A stretch of DNA of 64,000 nucleotides from Laetmonice hystrix (Eukaryota), in assembly GCA_965235115.1 (NCBI GenBank), contig OZ249439.1:38998001-39062000 (forward strand), written 5' to 3'. The notes under the pieces were generated by a model, which worked only from the letters and a program-made list of their open reading frames with translations, was not told the origin of the DNA and searched no databases. The position numbers and the translations under genes were made by a program. Each line of letters starts with the position of its first letter. Within the stretch, counting starts at the first letter, position 1. Below are positions 10,504 to 22,119 of the stretch, in pieces.

Positions 10504-12208
10504 GGTACGACAAGCAAGAAGAGGAAGTAAGGTATGACTTTGAAGCTGCCAAGGAGAAGATCCTCAAACTTAAGTCTTACATTCTCCATGCCAAGAACCA
10601 AGAACATGCCAAATCCGACATTCTACAGTCACTGACAGGAGGCCAGGCATTGGTGACAATGGATTGGGCCATGAAATTTCTGCCAAGCAAGTTTCGAGAG
10701 GCACAGCAGGATTGGTTTGGCAAGAAAGGGGTATCTTGACATGTGTCTGCTGTTGTGTCTGCGGACACAAACTCTGCCTTCCAGGTATGTAACTGAGTGA
10801 GTCTGTGTTATTCATCCTTTTGACAGGCTTTAGGTATGGGGAGTATGGCTTTTTTAGGAACCTGCTGTTGTGGAATTCAAGGGAATGAAAGCAAAGTTTC
10901 TCAATTCTTAGGTCGGAATTCAGTCATCAACCTGAACATGTACCTATAAATATAAACTATTTTTTAATAAACCTGTATGACATGTTTATTGAATTACTTC
11001 CCATTCATTTTCAGATCCATTGTTATGTTCATCTCATTGAACAATGTAAACAGGACAGGTTTGCTGTGTACTCCATCGTCAATGCCACCCTGCAAAAAAT
11101 AAAGTCTGACCTACCAATGGTGAAGGAAGTCTTCCTTCGATCTGATAATGCGGGGCGCTATCACAACGCATCTCTGCTGCTAGGCCTTCCATCTCTCACA
11201 AAGGAATTGGGCATCAGGATCTCCAGATATGACTTCTCAGAGGCTCAAGCAGGTAAAGATATCTGCGACCGGAAGATCGCCCCTACGAAGTCACATATTC
11301 AACGCTACATTTATGAAGGCCATGACGTTATGAATGCTTCCCAGATGCATGCAGCACTGGATTCCCATGGGGGAGTACGCGGATGCCAGGCTGCTGTCCT
11401 GACGTTGGATACAGATGCTGTTGGAGAGAAGTGCTCCTGGCCAGTAATAACAGCATACACCAAGTTTCAATTTGAGGGCAATGGAAAGGGTATAAAATGG
11501 GTGAAGGTACTCTCTTTCTTTACTCCAACTTGATCGGCAAACAACGGCCTCAGGGTCCTTCTAATGTGCAGGTTATAGTTTACTCCAAGCCAGCAGTGGA
11601 GACTGGTGTTATGGGAGCATCAGCTAGGCAGCCTGGTGTTGAGGTGCCATGCCCAGAAGTTGGCTGCACTGAGGTGTTTGGGTCCTATGAGAAACTTGCA
11701 AACCACATGGCAGTTGGTCGTCATGGCAACCAGCCACTGAGAGAGACAAAATTCGATGAAATTAAGAAGAAATGGGCAGGCAAGTTTTCCGTAATTGCAA
11801 AGCCAGGTGTAACTGGTGCCTCTGTAACCATTGGTTCAAAGAAGGTTTCTATGTTGCAAGTGAGCCCAGGATGGGGCCCACATGTACAAAAAGGACACCG
11901 CAGGTATGCGCCAGAATGTCTGTGCCTTCCTCCACCAGGCATTCATGAAGGGAGTGAATACCGGCATAAAGGAGAATCCTTCTGACACATCGAGGAAGCT
12001 GAAGGCGGTATTCAGCAATGAACACTGGTTATCTGTTCAGCAGATGACCTCATATTTCAGTAGACTGTCATCCAGGCAGAAATGTGGTCGTCTTCCAACA
12101 ACCACAGCCACAACTGACGAGGACACTAATGTACCAGAAGTAGCTGTCCAAGATGCACTGTCCAGGTACAGCTTAAGAAAAAGAGTTCAGAAAGAAGTGG
12201 GATACTGA
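10504..12208 (+). pseudogene. Spliced Sola-superfamily (Sola2/Sola3-like) DDE transposase remnant with C-terminal C2H2-like finger
   Basis: Motifs DWAMKFLP..REAQQDWFGKKG, RSDNAGRYH, FSEAQAGKDICDR and CPEVGCTEVFGSYEKLANHMAVGRH. GT-AG intron 10785-11014 joins the exons in frame. Stop at 10737 and later frameshifts. Confidence 0.65.
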
Positions 12209-12399
12209 CAGGCCACTGTAATCAATGGATCGTTACGTTGTCTGATGAAATCATCGAGAAAGACATTCCTTTATGTTGTGGTGTGGCTTAGATGGCTGTC
12301 AGGTTGGATGGGAGGTGGTTTTATGAAAATGTATGACACACGACTTTGCTTAGTTTATATAGGTCTGTATGCCAGTGGTAATGATGACACCTGGAAGTG

Positions 12400-12640
12400 T
12401 TGCAAGTAACCTGGAGAAATCATTGAAAGAAAGAAAATGTAAAGTCTGTGATCAAAGTGCTGTTGAAGATGAAAGCCATTATTTGTTTGAATGTTCATTG
12501 TACAATTCGGAGAGATCTCATTTTATAGAAAGGATAGATAAACCTGATCTACTTAGATCAGAAAAAAGGGAAAATAGGAAAATAATCACGTTAAATGAAA
12601 ATGTTATTGAAACTGGAAGGTTCATATGGAATACATTGGA
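12400..12640 (+). mobile_element. LINE ORF2 C-terminal zinc-finger fragment (CR1/L2-group-like)
   Basis: RKCKVCDQSAVEDESHYLFECSLYNSER. Confidence 0.7.
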
Positions 12641-12723
12641 GCGACGGAATATATTGGTATATACCTCAGCGCATGGACAATGCTTGTTGGTAGGGGGAGT
12701 AGAGGAGTGACAAAAAAAGAAAC

Positions 12724-14915
12724 ATGGCAGACGACTTGGTTGCGACTACAAAGACGCGCAATGATGAGGCTAGTTTGGAGCGTCACGCCAAACAGAGGTT
12801 CAGGATGGCACTAATAGCGACTCTCTACGACAATGGCTGGACGACGTCTCGTCAGCCAAAGAATGGACATAGACAACTGACGAGCTCTCCTTGTCCATGG
12901 TGGGATACCTAGTGAAGGGCGAATTGGACACGTCGGTACGCAGCTGGATCAGGCGTAACGGCCAAGATAGGATCGGCAATACGTGGGAGCTAGGAAGAAG
13001 ACAGAAGCCACGTATTTAGATCAGGATGAGCAGGAGTACCTGCGCCGTCAGATGGACAGGATGATGCAGTCGGCCTTCTAAGACATTAGGAAGTACAGTC
13101 GCTCGTTTGATGTGGCCGGTAAGCGGGCCTATACCGCCACTAAATGGGAGGTGGCAGTCGTAAAGGAAAGGTTGGTACGGACCTATATTTCGGGCATTAG
13201 AAACAGGAACATCTGGACGCGCGCATTCACCCTCGACGCTGCCTACCTAGCAGCCTCCACTATAGAGAGGGCCGAGGCAGAGAGAGGAGGAGCCGATGGA
13301 GGTCGGGGGGCCCTGCCCCCTCCCACCGCGGAGATGCTGAGGGCAGCTCAGTTGGCACGACCACCGGTCCCTCCCACCGACCCTCAACCAGATTTGGAAG
13401 CGACTGTCAGCCGGCTGCTTGACCGTAAGTTATCCAGGGTACAGCGGCAGTTAGGAAACATGGGGAGAGCCCTGGCTGGTCTGTCGACGCCGGGCCCGTC
13501 GGTAGCGACAGCCTTCAGCCGCTCACAGCAGCCAAGGACAAAGATGTCAAAACCACAACGGACACCAGAGGGGGTAATTGTATGCTACGCGTGTGGTCAG
13601 CCAGGTCATATTGCACGGGAATGTGGCGTGCGGGAATCGCCAATTAGCCACTCTAGTCAAGCGGGGTGACACGCAGGCCAGGGTGGCGTTATCAACAACG
13701 TGTGGGCCTCTGAACGGACTAATTAACAGTGAGGCTGCATGTTCTTTGATGGCCAAACAATTTCGGCTTACACTATGTAAGCACAACGGGAGAGAGCCGT
13801 TGGCCCACCCAGCCAAAGAGCCACTCGTATCCCTCACAGGAAAACGTATTAAGGCGGTAGGTACAACCATTGTGAACACTGCAGGTGTCTACGCACTGGT
13901 GTTTATTGTGGACAATTTACAATTTGATGCCATTGTGGGGGATGATGTGCTGGGCTCGGCGGGTTCATGCATTGATTATGTTAACAAACGGATCCATAAA
14001 TACAAGAATTCCGCCTCCTTCTACCCTCGCCACTCGATAACTAATATACCCACCGAAGCTGGGCGATAAAAAGGGAAGCGAGAGCCTCGTGGCGCCGGAC
14101 GATAATAGGGTAAATCACAACAACTTCTGAGAGCCGAGCCACCACCGACGCCCATCATCAGTAAGCAAGTCAAAGTGGAAAAGGCAACAAACAAGGGAAA
14201 GAAAGACTGCAACCCGAAAAAAGGGACAGGATGCCAGGAAAAAGTCACTCGACAATTCCATCAGCTGCTGCAGTGATTTATCGGAGATCTGCCCTATAGA
14301 AGCCTCGCACACACTGGACCAGGCCTTGAACTTGGAATGGCATGACTCCAACTCTCAGACTCAGGCAGGTGATATGGATACCCAAAACAACGAAGTCGTA
14401 CCCGCCAACACAAAGGGTAGGCCTACTAGCCATAACAACAAAGACTATGGTAAACAAATGTCTTGTCAGGGACTGTAAATACCTCATAATATTATGTCGA
14501 CGACATTTTAATTTATTCAGAAACGGGGAGGACCATTTAAAACATCTCGGCATTCTTATCGACCGATTGCATAAAGCAGGACTGCACCTCAAAAGGTGTA
14601 AATGCGACTTCTTTAAGAGAGAGCTTAACTACCTTGGACATGTAATATCAGAGAAGGGCCTCAGGCCAAACCGTGAAAATGTGGCGGCCATCCGTGACTT
14701 GCCCAAGCCCCAAAACGTGCGTGACATTAGGAGCTTTGTAGGCATGGCGTCCTTTTATAAGGGCTATATTCCAAATTTTTCAAAACTGGCTGAGCCATTA
14801 ACCAAATTAACAAGGAAGCATGCAACATTCACCTGGTCAGATGAGCGTCAGCAGAGCTTTGTAACTCTGAGGCATAAGTTGTGTGATCCACCAGTATTAG
14901 CATTCCCAAACCCGG
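12724..14915 (+). mobile_element. Degenerate Ty3/gypsy gag-protease-RT fragment
   Basis: CYACGQPGHIAREC knuckle; protease-like LINSEAACSL...DAIVGDDVL; YVDD at 14491-14502; YLGHVIS...RSFVGMASFY...PVLAFP. Confidence 0.85.
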
Positions 14916-15759
14916 GGTGCAGCGGTCATAGGCAGACCAATTGAATTTTCCAAACTGATATGTCTATCTGTAATAAAAACTAACTGAACCTCTCTGAGCA
15001 AATGTACAAAAGGTTACAGAAAGAAACCAAATGCGACAGTCAGCTACAGTAGCTAGCATCTCGAGATGGTGTCCCACCCCACCTCATTGTGTGGTGGTTT
15101 GAAAGAAATAAACAGTTGTGAAGCAGGTTTGCGGGGAGGTTTGGTTCTCTCCAAATCAGATTGTCTGTAGTGTGGGTGCTTACCCCGGTGATGCCTCCTA
15201 ACAAAAAGGGGAAAGACAAGACTGTTAAAACCTTGAAACAGCAGTCAGACACCGGGTTTTGTCTACCTCGGGCTGGCAAACCAAGATGGGGACTGCCATG
15301 GCCCAGATTTCAAGGATTGGGACACTTAACTTGATTCTGGATCGGAAGACGCAAGTTTCATTGACAAGGAGTATGAAAACCCAGGGTCAGGAGCTCTGAC
15401 TCTGAGTCAGTCCCAGCGGACGACCCTGACACTGATAGGGTGAGTGTCAAGACGGGGCTATCACTGCTGCCCTCCTAAATATTCATGCACGAGTCCACGC
15501 CACATGCACTGCTGCCCCTGCCAAGGCTGTAAAGCTTAAGCACCCATGTGTTTCTATGGCCAACATGACTTTTTGGCAGGTATACAAACCACAGACTTTG
15601 GGATGCATGATCAGAACCCCCTGACTGGACCACGGCACGGCAGCCATCTCCTCCCTTGCAGCACTCCAATCTGTCCGATGGGACCGTGTACGAGAGGCCA
15701 CCGCCAGCGATGAGGACATGCACCTCCTTATTTTGCTCATCGAGGATGGCCTGCTTCAG

Positions 15760-16325
15760 TCTCACCAGGACCTGTCAACCCTGCTTCGGCCTTACTGTCA
15801 TGATATAACGGTATAGCTCGTTCGTCACGTGCGGGGTCAGGACACGCCCGAGGGAGTAGTCAAGACACGGGTCGGTGGTCAGGTCAACCCCGCCTACGGG
15901 ACAGGGCGCACGGCTGACCACCCAATAGTAGACCCGGGTACGCATCGATAGATCCAGGGAGAGAGAGGTAAAAAGGGTTGTTGAGAGTTGCTGCAGGGGA
16001 GTCGAGACGGAGAGTTGCTGTAGAGAGAGTTGGAGAGAAATAAACCACAGAAATCGTCGTCAGTGATCACTAGCTACCCCAACCCCAAGACGTTACATTA
16101 CCACCAATACCGTGAGCACTTGCACTCATCAGATGGCGTGACCCTCTACAAAGGTCATATTGTGCTACCCCTTCGTCTCCGTCAAGACGTCCTTTCAGCC
16201 CTACACTCTGCCCACCAAGGCACAACATCAATGATTGCCCGGGCGGAGCTTTCAGTCTTCTGGCCTGGGATCACCTTGACCATCAACCTCACCTGTGCCA
16301 GCTGCTCACACTGCAACTGGATGGC
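15760..16325 (+). pseudogene. Gypsy integrase zinc-binding (HHCC) fragment split by a solo LTR
   Basis: Removing 15796-16101 gives LSTLLRPYHQYREHL...LHSAHQG...VFWPGI...CASCSHC. Confidence 0.75.
15796..16097 (+). repeat. Solo LTR (302 bp)
   Basis: TGTCATGA...CGTTACA. TSD TTAC at 15792-15795 and 16098-16101. Contains AATAAA. Confidence 0.85.
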
Positions 16326-16370
16326 CATTTTCCATTCATCACTTACCTTCTTCTCTCATTTTCTTTCCCT

Positions 16371-16790
16371 AGGTGTCACCAAAGACCGAGTGTCAAGGGT
16401 AGCCAAATACTATGCTGAACATGCAACTGCCAGGCCGGAAAATCGTGGTGGTTTACGAAATAAAGAAGAATTTGAAGAGAGACGACAGTGTGTGATTAAC
16501 CACATAGTCATTTAAGTGCAAATCCAGCCACTATGGGTGGAGAGGTGCTCCAGGACGCAAGTACTTGCCATCAGATTACACGGTGATGACGATGCATGCG
16601 TTATTTGAGGAGCAAAATCATGCTCACGTGAGCTATTCGCTATACTATTCGGTATTTGTACATCAGTTCAACTTAGGATTTGGCCATCCAGCCACTGATG
16701 CCTGTGCTGTTTGTGCTAAATACAAACAGAAAATGAAAGATCCGCACATGACAGATGAGGAACGAAAAACAGAAGCTGCCATGTTTCCAA
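16371..16790 (+). pseudogene. Sola1-type transposase N-terminal fragment
   Basis: RGGLR...SHYG...RKYLPSDYTV..M...SYSLYYSVF..QFNLGFGHPATDACAVC. Confidence 0.7.
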
Positions 16791-16799
16791 CAGATTCAT

Positions 16800-17258
16800 G
16801 TTAGTGAGCCAACTGGTTGGGTGAATGAAATGGCAGTTGTGAGAAAACATAATGGAACTCTGAGACTGTGTGTTGACCTCTAGAAGCCATCAACAAAAAG
16901 ACGGCCATAATAAAGAGATGCCATGACAAATCAGCTAAGCATCTTTGTTTGACTCAACCCACAGATATCCAAAATGGGAGAAAGGAATTGTGACCAACAT
17001 CTGTGAAACAACTCCTCGGTCCTGCACAATCCAGGGACCAGGTCAAACCACCTACCGGAGGAACCACATTCACATCCGTCCATCAAATAGTGAGACGTTT
17101 AACATAGACATTACTGATCTACCTGAGGCCACTGAGACAGTGACTGCGGACAGGCAGAACCCCCAGTGCCAGGTACCACACAAGGGCCATGGTCCCCCGA
17201 CGGTCCACTAGAAATCGTCATCTACCTGTCCGTCTTGGTGACTTTGTTGCCAAATAAG
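16800..17258 (+). pseudogene. Gypsy RT N-terminal and integrase C-terminal fragments
   Basis: EPTGWVNEMAVVRKHNGTLRLCVDL; WEKGIV...TPRSCTI...YRRNHIHIRP. Confidence 0.65.
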
Positions 17259-17342
17259 TGACTGTACTTACTTGCCGTCCAGAACATTAGTAGTTTGTTC
17301 GAATAAGTGACTGTACCTATCTGCTGTCTGGAACATTAGTAG

Positions 17343-20054
17343 TTTCATAGCAATTTCAAGATTTTTAGTAGACCTCAACGGGCTCAACGAAATAAAGAAG
17401 GTATCGCGCTGTATGTTGGAAAGATTTTCAGGAAAGGTGGTGGCTTGGAAACTGTCACCTTTATTGGGCCAGGCCTGGTGGACAAAATGAGGGCGAAGAC
17501 CTTCGTTGTCATAGCAGACTTTGAACTGCAGGGACCGTCTTTGCGGACAACAAATAGCAGCCAGGTAAGCGTTAATTTGTTTGCTTTTCAGGTTAAAATG
17601 TATTTCTGACAGTCACATTGATTTTAAAACCTTAATCAAATTAAATAATTTAATAAGGAATATGTAGTCAAATTCCTTTATTTGCAAAGCTGGGGTGGCA
17701 AGAGAAGTTGAATTTTTTTTTCAGAAATCTTTTTTCTTTTTTATTTAAATAGACTTTTATTGATTAAAATCGATTTTTACTCAGACATCTGATCAAGTGA
17801 GTGAGTGAGTAGTGGTGGTTTTGCGCCGTGTCGGCATCCGGGGCCATCTTCACGGCGAAAACAGAGTTATAAGACCTTAAAACTAAAGGAACCTATTTTA
17901 TCCCGGGTCCCAACGGGAACACCACAAAAACACATCTATAAAAGAGTCAGAAGTCCAGCCTCTGACAAGAACTCTAAAATCACTCCTGGTCTGATATTGC
18001 TAAAAAGATCCCTAAGACTCGTCTCATTATAAAACCTTTGTCTGATGAGAGTAAAATCATTCGAGTAAAAGATGCTTCAGTGTCAAAGGACACTGACAGC
18101 CATAACATTCTGGAGGTGGCTCCCCCTTCAATAAAAACACATGAGTTAATCTAGAATGACCAACTCTGCATCGAGTCAAAACAATTTCATGCCTCCGTTG
18201 GGTTAGGCCATGATGATACCTTTTGGTTTACGATGGGACTGATCTGATACAACTTATTGTTTGGTTGTTCATCCCATACTGGTAGTCTCAGTAAGTCATT
18301 TTTAGTGTTTCTTGAAATCATATTGGTTGGAGATTTGTGTAAATGATATAGAAAAGTATTTTTGCCTGAGGACAACCACTTTTCAAAATATGGTTGTCCC
18401 CACATAATATTTGGTTGTCCTCACACAAAAAGGAATGTTGGCTTCCTAGGGATATTATTAAATGTTTACTCTATTTTGTAGTGGCTATGACTGCACAATG
18501 TACGTATGAAACATTATGATCATAATACAGATCAGGGGTTTAAATAAGAAACAAAGTAGAAGGGGAAGCTGACAAAGTAGGAGGTAGTAGATAGAAGGAG
18601 GTGGCCCAGGTGCAGCAGCCGCAGGTCGCAGAAAACATACAATATAGATCTATATACAATAATCATCAGCTGAATGAGGTAAATCTATACAAATGTATGG
18701 GTCACTGGAACCTAAAGTTTTATAGAGGGGTCTACATGTATAATACAAAACATGACTGGGTGCATTTTCACCAATTATATTTTTTTGAATGTCCTTTTAT
18801 GTGTCTGGAACCCTTGCAGTCATCAAGCCAGCACAGAATGGCCTCATCTGAATTGAACTTTGCAAGGGAGGGTCCATTAATCTTAATCTGCATCAGCTGA
18901 TTGAGACAGACACACGAGTACCTGACGAATTTTGATCGATTTGTCTTTATTTAACTGCCATTAAACGATAAAATAAGCATCGTTTTTGGTATTTAAAAGG
19001 TGGTTGTCCAGGTATTTATTTTCGGTTGACCGCACGGCTGACATAGGCGTCCGGGACACGCGATTTTTACAGGCCTGTAAGGGCATCTGAACATAAAGGC
19101 TTAGAGTTGTTATAAGTTTGTCATGTTAATTTGTTCTGGGATCATATTCTTTTGTCTAGCGTTAGCACAGAAGCCTCAAAGTAATACTTGAGAATTGAAA
19201 ATTTTATCTCTACTGCTAGCTAATTGGGTTTGTCATTTACACCACAACATTTTTGAAATGTTAAGATCATCTCACATCTTTTCTTAACAGGATGAAGCAG
19301 TGCGAAATGTGAAGAGCAAAGGCTTCACGGTCGCGGTAAGAAACATAACAGTTTCGGATAAAAGTGGCGTTATCCGAGTCGCTTTATGGCAGGAGTCTGC
19401 TAGTGCTGCGATTTCAAGTGGCAGCGTAGTTACCATCAAGGATGCCATACTGAACTTTAACAATGAGAAAAAGGAGTTTACAGCATCTGTCAGCGACATC
19501 AATGATGTTGAGGTATTGTGCTCTAGGCCGACATCTAATTGAATGTGTGGTTTCGTTTGTGCTCACAGGAGTGCCACTTGTCAGCTTGTCATTATTTTCC
19601 AATTGATGGTTGCGCGAGTGGCACATCATGGCCATCCTAGTATTTTTGACATAACTTCAATTTTTTTGGAGTTCAAGTTACAAAACAATTTTTAAGGGTT
19701 TTTTACTTTGATGGGGGGATATTTTACACTGAAATATTTCTTTATTTTATCCTCCTGATTAAATCAATGTAATTTGATGTTACAATTGGTTAGGTTCAGC
19801 AGGAACAAGAAGTTGAGAAAACGCTGATGATCAGTGCCTTACAGCTACAAGAAGGGCAGGTGACCGTTCTTGACGATACAGATGATGTGGATTCCAAGGC
19901 GACGCTAGGCGATCTTCTCACGGAGATGAATGTTACCACTTTTGAGGATGCTCTCGATCTCTTACCATATAGCTTTAGCTGTATGGTTATGAGAGACAGA
20001 ATTGGGCGGTTTGGGTATGTCTTAGTTTTTTTTATGCTCTATATATGTTGCTGA
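17343..20054 (+). CDS. Multi-exon OB-fold (RPA/SSB-like) protein gene or pseudogene
   Basis: Open exons ~17343-17564, 19291-19512 and 19794-~20054 with phase-0 GT-AG junctions. RNITVSDKSGVIRVALWQESA...GSVVTIKD...FN is an OB-fold pattern. An intermediate exon may be missing. Confidence 0.55.
17797..18360 (-). mobile_element. I-clade-like LINE 3' fragment
   Basis: Homologous to 6910-7400; (ACTC)n tail. Confidence 0.85.
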
Positions 20055-20129
20055 TGTGTTAATATCTGTTAATATATTAGTAATGGAAGGAATCTAGTAA
20101 TGCTGGCTATAAGTAATGATGTAAATATG

Positions 20130-20545
20130 CAGGGATGTGGTATATCACATTGGTGTAACTCTGGAGGGATGTGGTATATCACATTGATGTAACTCTGGAG
20201 GGATGTGGTATATCACATCAGTGTAACTCTGGAGGGATGTGGTATATCACATCAGTGTAACTCTGGAGGGATGTGGTATATCACATTGGTGTAACTCTGG
20301 AGGGATGTGGTATATCACATTGGTGTAACTCTGGAGGGATGTGGTATGTCACATTGGTGTAACTCTGGAGGGATGTGGTATATCACATCAGTGTAACTCT
20401 GGAGGGATGTGGTATGTCACATTGGTGTAACTCTGGAGGGATGTGGTATATCACATCAGTGTAACTCTGGAGGGATGTGGTATATGGTATATCACATCAG
20501 TGTAACTCTGGAGGGATGTGGTATATCACATTGGTGTAACTCTGG
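20130..20545. repeat. Minisatellite, 34-bp unit, about 12 copies
   Basis: Unit GGAGGGATGTGGTATATCACATTGGTGTAACTCT. Confidence 0.95.
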
Positions 20546-21269
20546 GATACATTTTGCAGAATGCTGGAGGAGTGCATGGGATACATTTTGCAGAATGCTG
20601 GAGGAGTGCATGTAAGTATATTAACATTGTTTAGCCCTTTTAAATGCACCTTCTTGTATATAAACAAATCATGAACTGGAATTAAACATTAGCACCTAAC
20701 ATAGGGGCAGATAGGGAGTCTCTATTGACCCCTTGACTAAGCTTGCTGGGATTTTGAAGTTAGTTTAGGCTGTCAAATAGAATGTTGCAAATAGTTAAAA
20801 AATTAAAAGGTATTTTAAAATTGATTTTATTCGGCTCTCACAAAACTTATAACCAGGCGTTTACTTTTTCAGGCTGCAGTTCCAGCTGTTGACGTTTAAA
20901 AGGAAGATTACAGAGGAAGCAAGTTTCGCCTGTCCACCAACAATGATCACATTTTCTCAAAAAATGGCAGAGGAGATACGATTTGAGCACTTTCAGACAT
21001 GTGACCTACTTTGCCATGACGTCAAAGGTCAAAATAATGAAGATTGGTAAAAAGGATCTATGCCTGATTATTAGGCTATGAAAAGTTTTGGGAAACTATG
21101 AATTATGGCTTCAAGAAATGCCTATCAGTTTAAAATGCAAAATACGTCATGACGTGACGTTATATGACGTAATAATTGTAGGGATCGATTCTCTCTTCCA
21201 TGGTGAATGTCCCTGTCAAGTTTCATTTGGATATCTTTATAAATGACTGAGCTGTATGCACAAAAGGAA

Positions 21270-21365
21270 CTACTACAACTACTACTTACGGGAATAATAA
21301 TAATACGGAAGACGAAACCATACAACTTTAAGATCCCATCCCCCTCCATGGGGGATGGGATAATT
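21270..21365 (+). mobile_element. Helentron/DINE-like 3' end (microsatellite plus terminal hairpin)
   Basis: (ACT)n/(AAT)n runs, then a perfect 11-bp stem TCCCATCCCCC-tccat-GGGGGATGGGA at 21334-21360, then an A/T tract. Confidence 0.5.
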
Positions 21366-22097
21366 ATAAAATCATGGATGTTCACTAGTACTTCTTATTA
21401 GGTTATTCTCCTTTAATTTTACAATTTGACTCCCCCACACAGGGCAGAGTCGGCCATGATCCGGTACTATTCATTGGGGTCAGGTATACATGTGTATACA
21501 CGTTCGCCCGAACTGCGAAAGTGGTGGTTGAACCCGGGGTTGACTCTTGCCTCTTATCTTCATTGCATTTGGACATGAACATCCTGTTTGCTGTTGCAAT
21601 TCTGTTGCTTTTGGCGTACCACCGGCACACAACACTCGTAGTGGCAGGCACAACTCAGTGGACAATCAGGCAAACATGGCCGAGAGTGCCCAAATCCTAG
21701 CACTATCAGAAAAGTTAGACTCACTGGCAGTCAGAGACAGGTTGGCAGACTTTGATGGCACCCAAGATGTCAATAGGTGGCTGGCTCGCTTTGAGAGTCT
21801 AACAAACAGCAAAGGGTGGCAGGCAAGCAGGCAACAGCATCTGCCAAACTACATGACAGATGCAAAACACGAGTGGTATGAGGACCTTACAGCTGAAGTT
21901 AAGAACTACAACAGCTGAAGGAAGCCTTTATCAACGAGTTCACACCCAAGGCTGCCTCTAAGTTTCAGCGGGAGACAGCACTGCGTGCACTGCCAGCAGA
22001 CGGGCACCACACCAGTGAAGGACTTTGTCCAGTATGTTCGGCGTGAGGCCAGGGCCATTGGTCTCTCCGAAGCAAAAGGGGTTGAGATAATACTCAA
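21361..22097 (+). mobile_element. Dispersed repeat plus truncated retrotransposon gag (module copy 1)
   Basis: 21361-21586 matches 27377-27540. gag from ATG 21676 (DFDGTQDVNRWLARFE...) matches 27843-28265. Confidence 0.75.
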
Positions 22098-22119
22098 AGC
22101 ACAATAAACTTAACCTGCA

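Noticed and set aside
14950-15755. Possible minus-strand gag-like remnant
   Set aside because: No diagnostic motif could be reconstructed in any frame.
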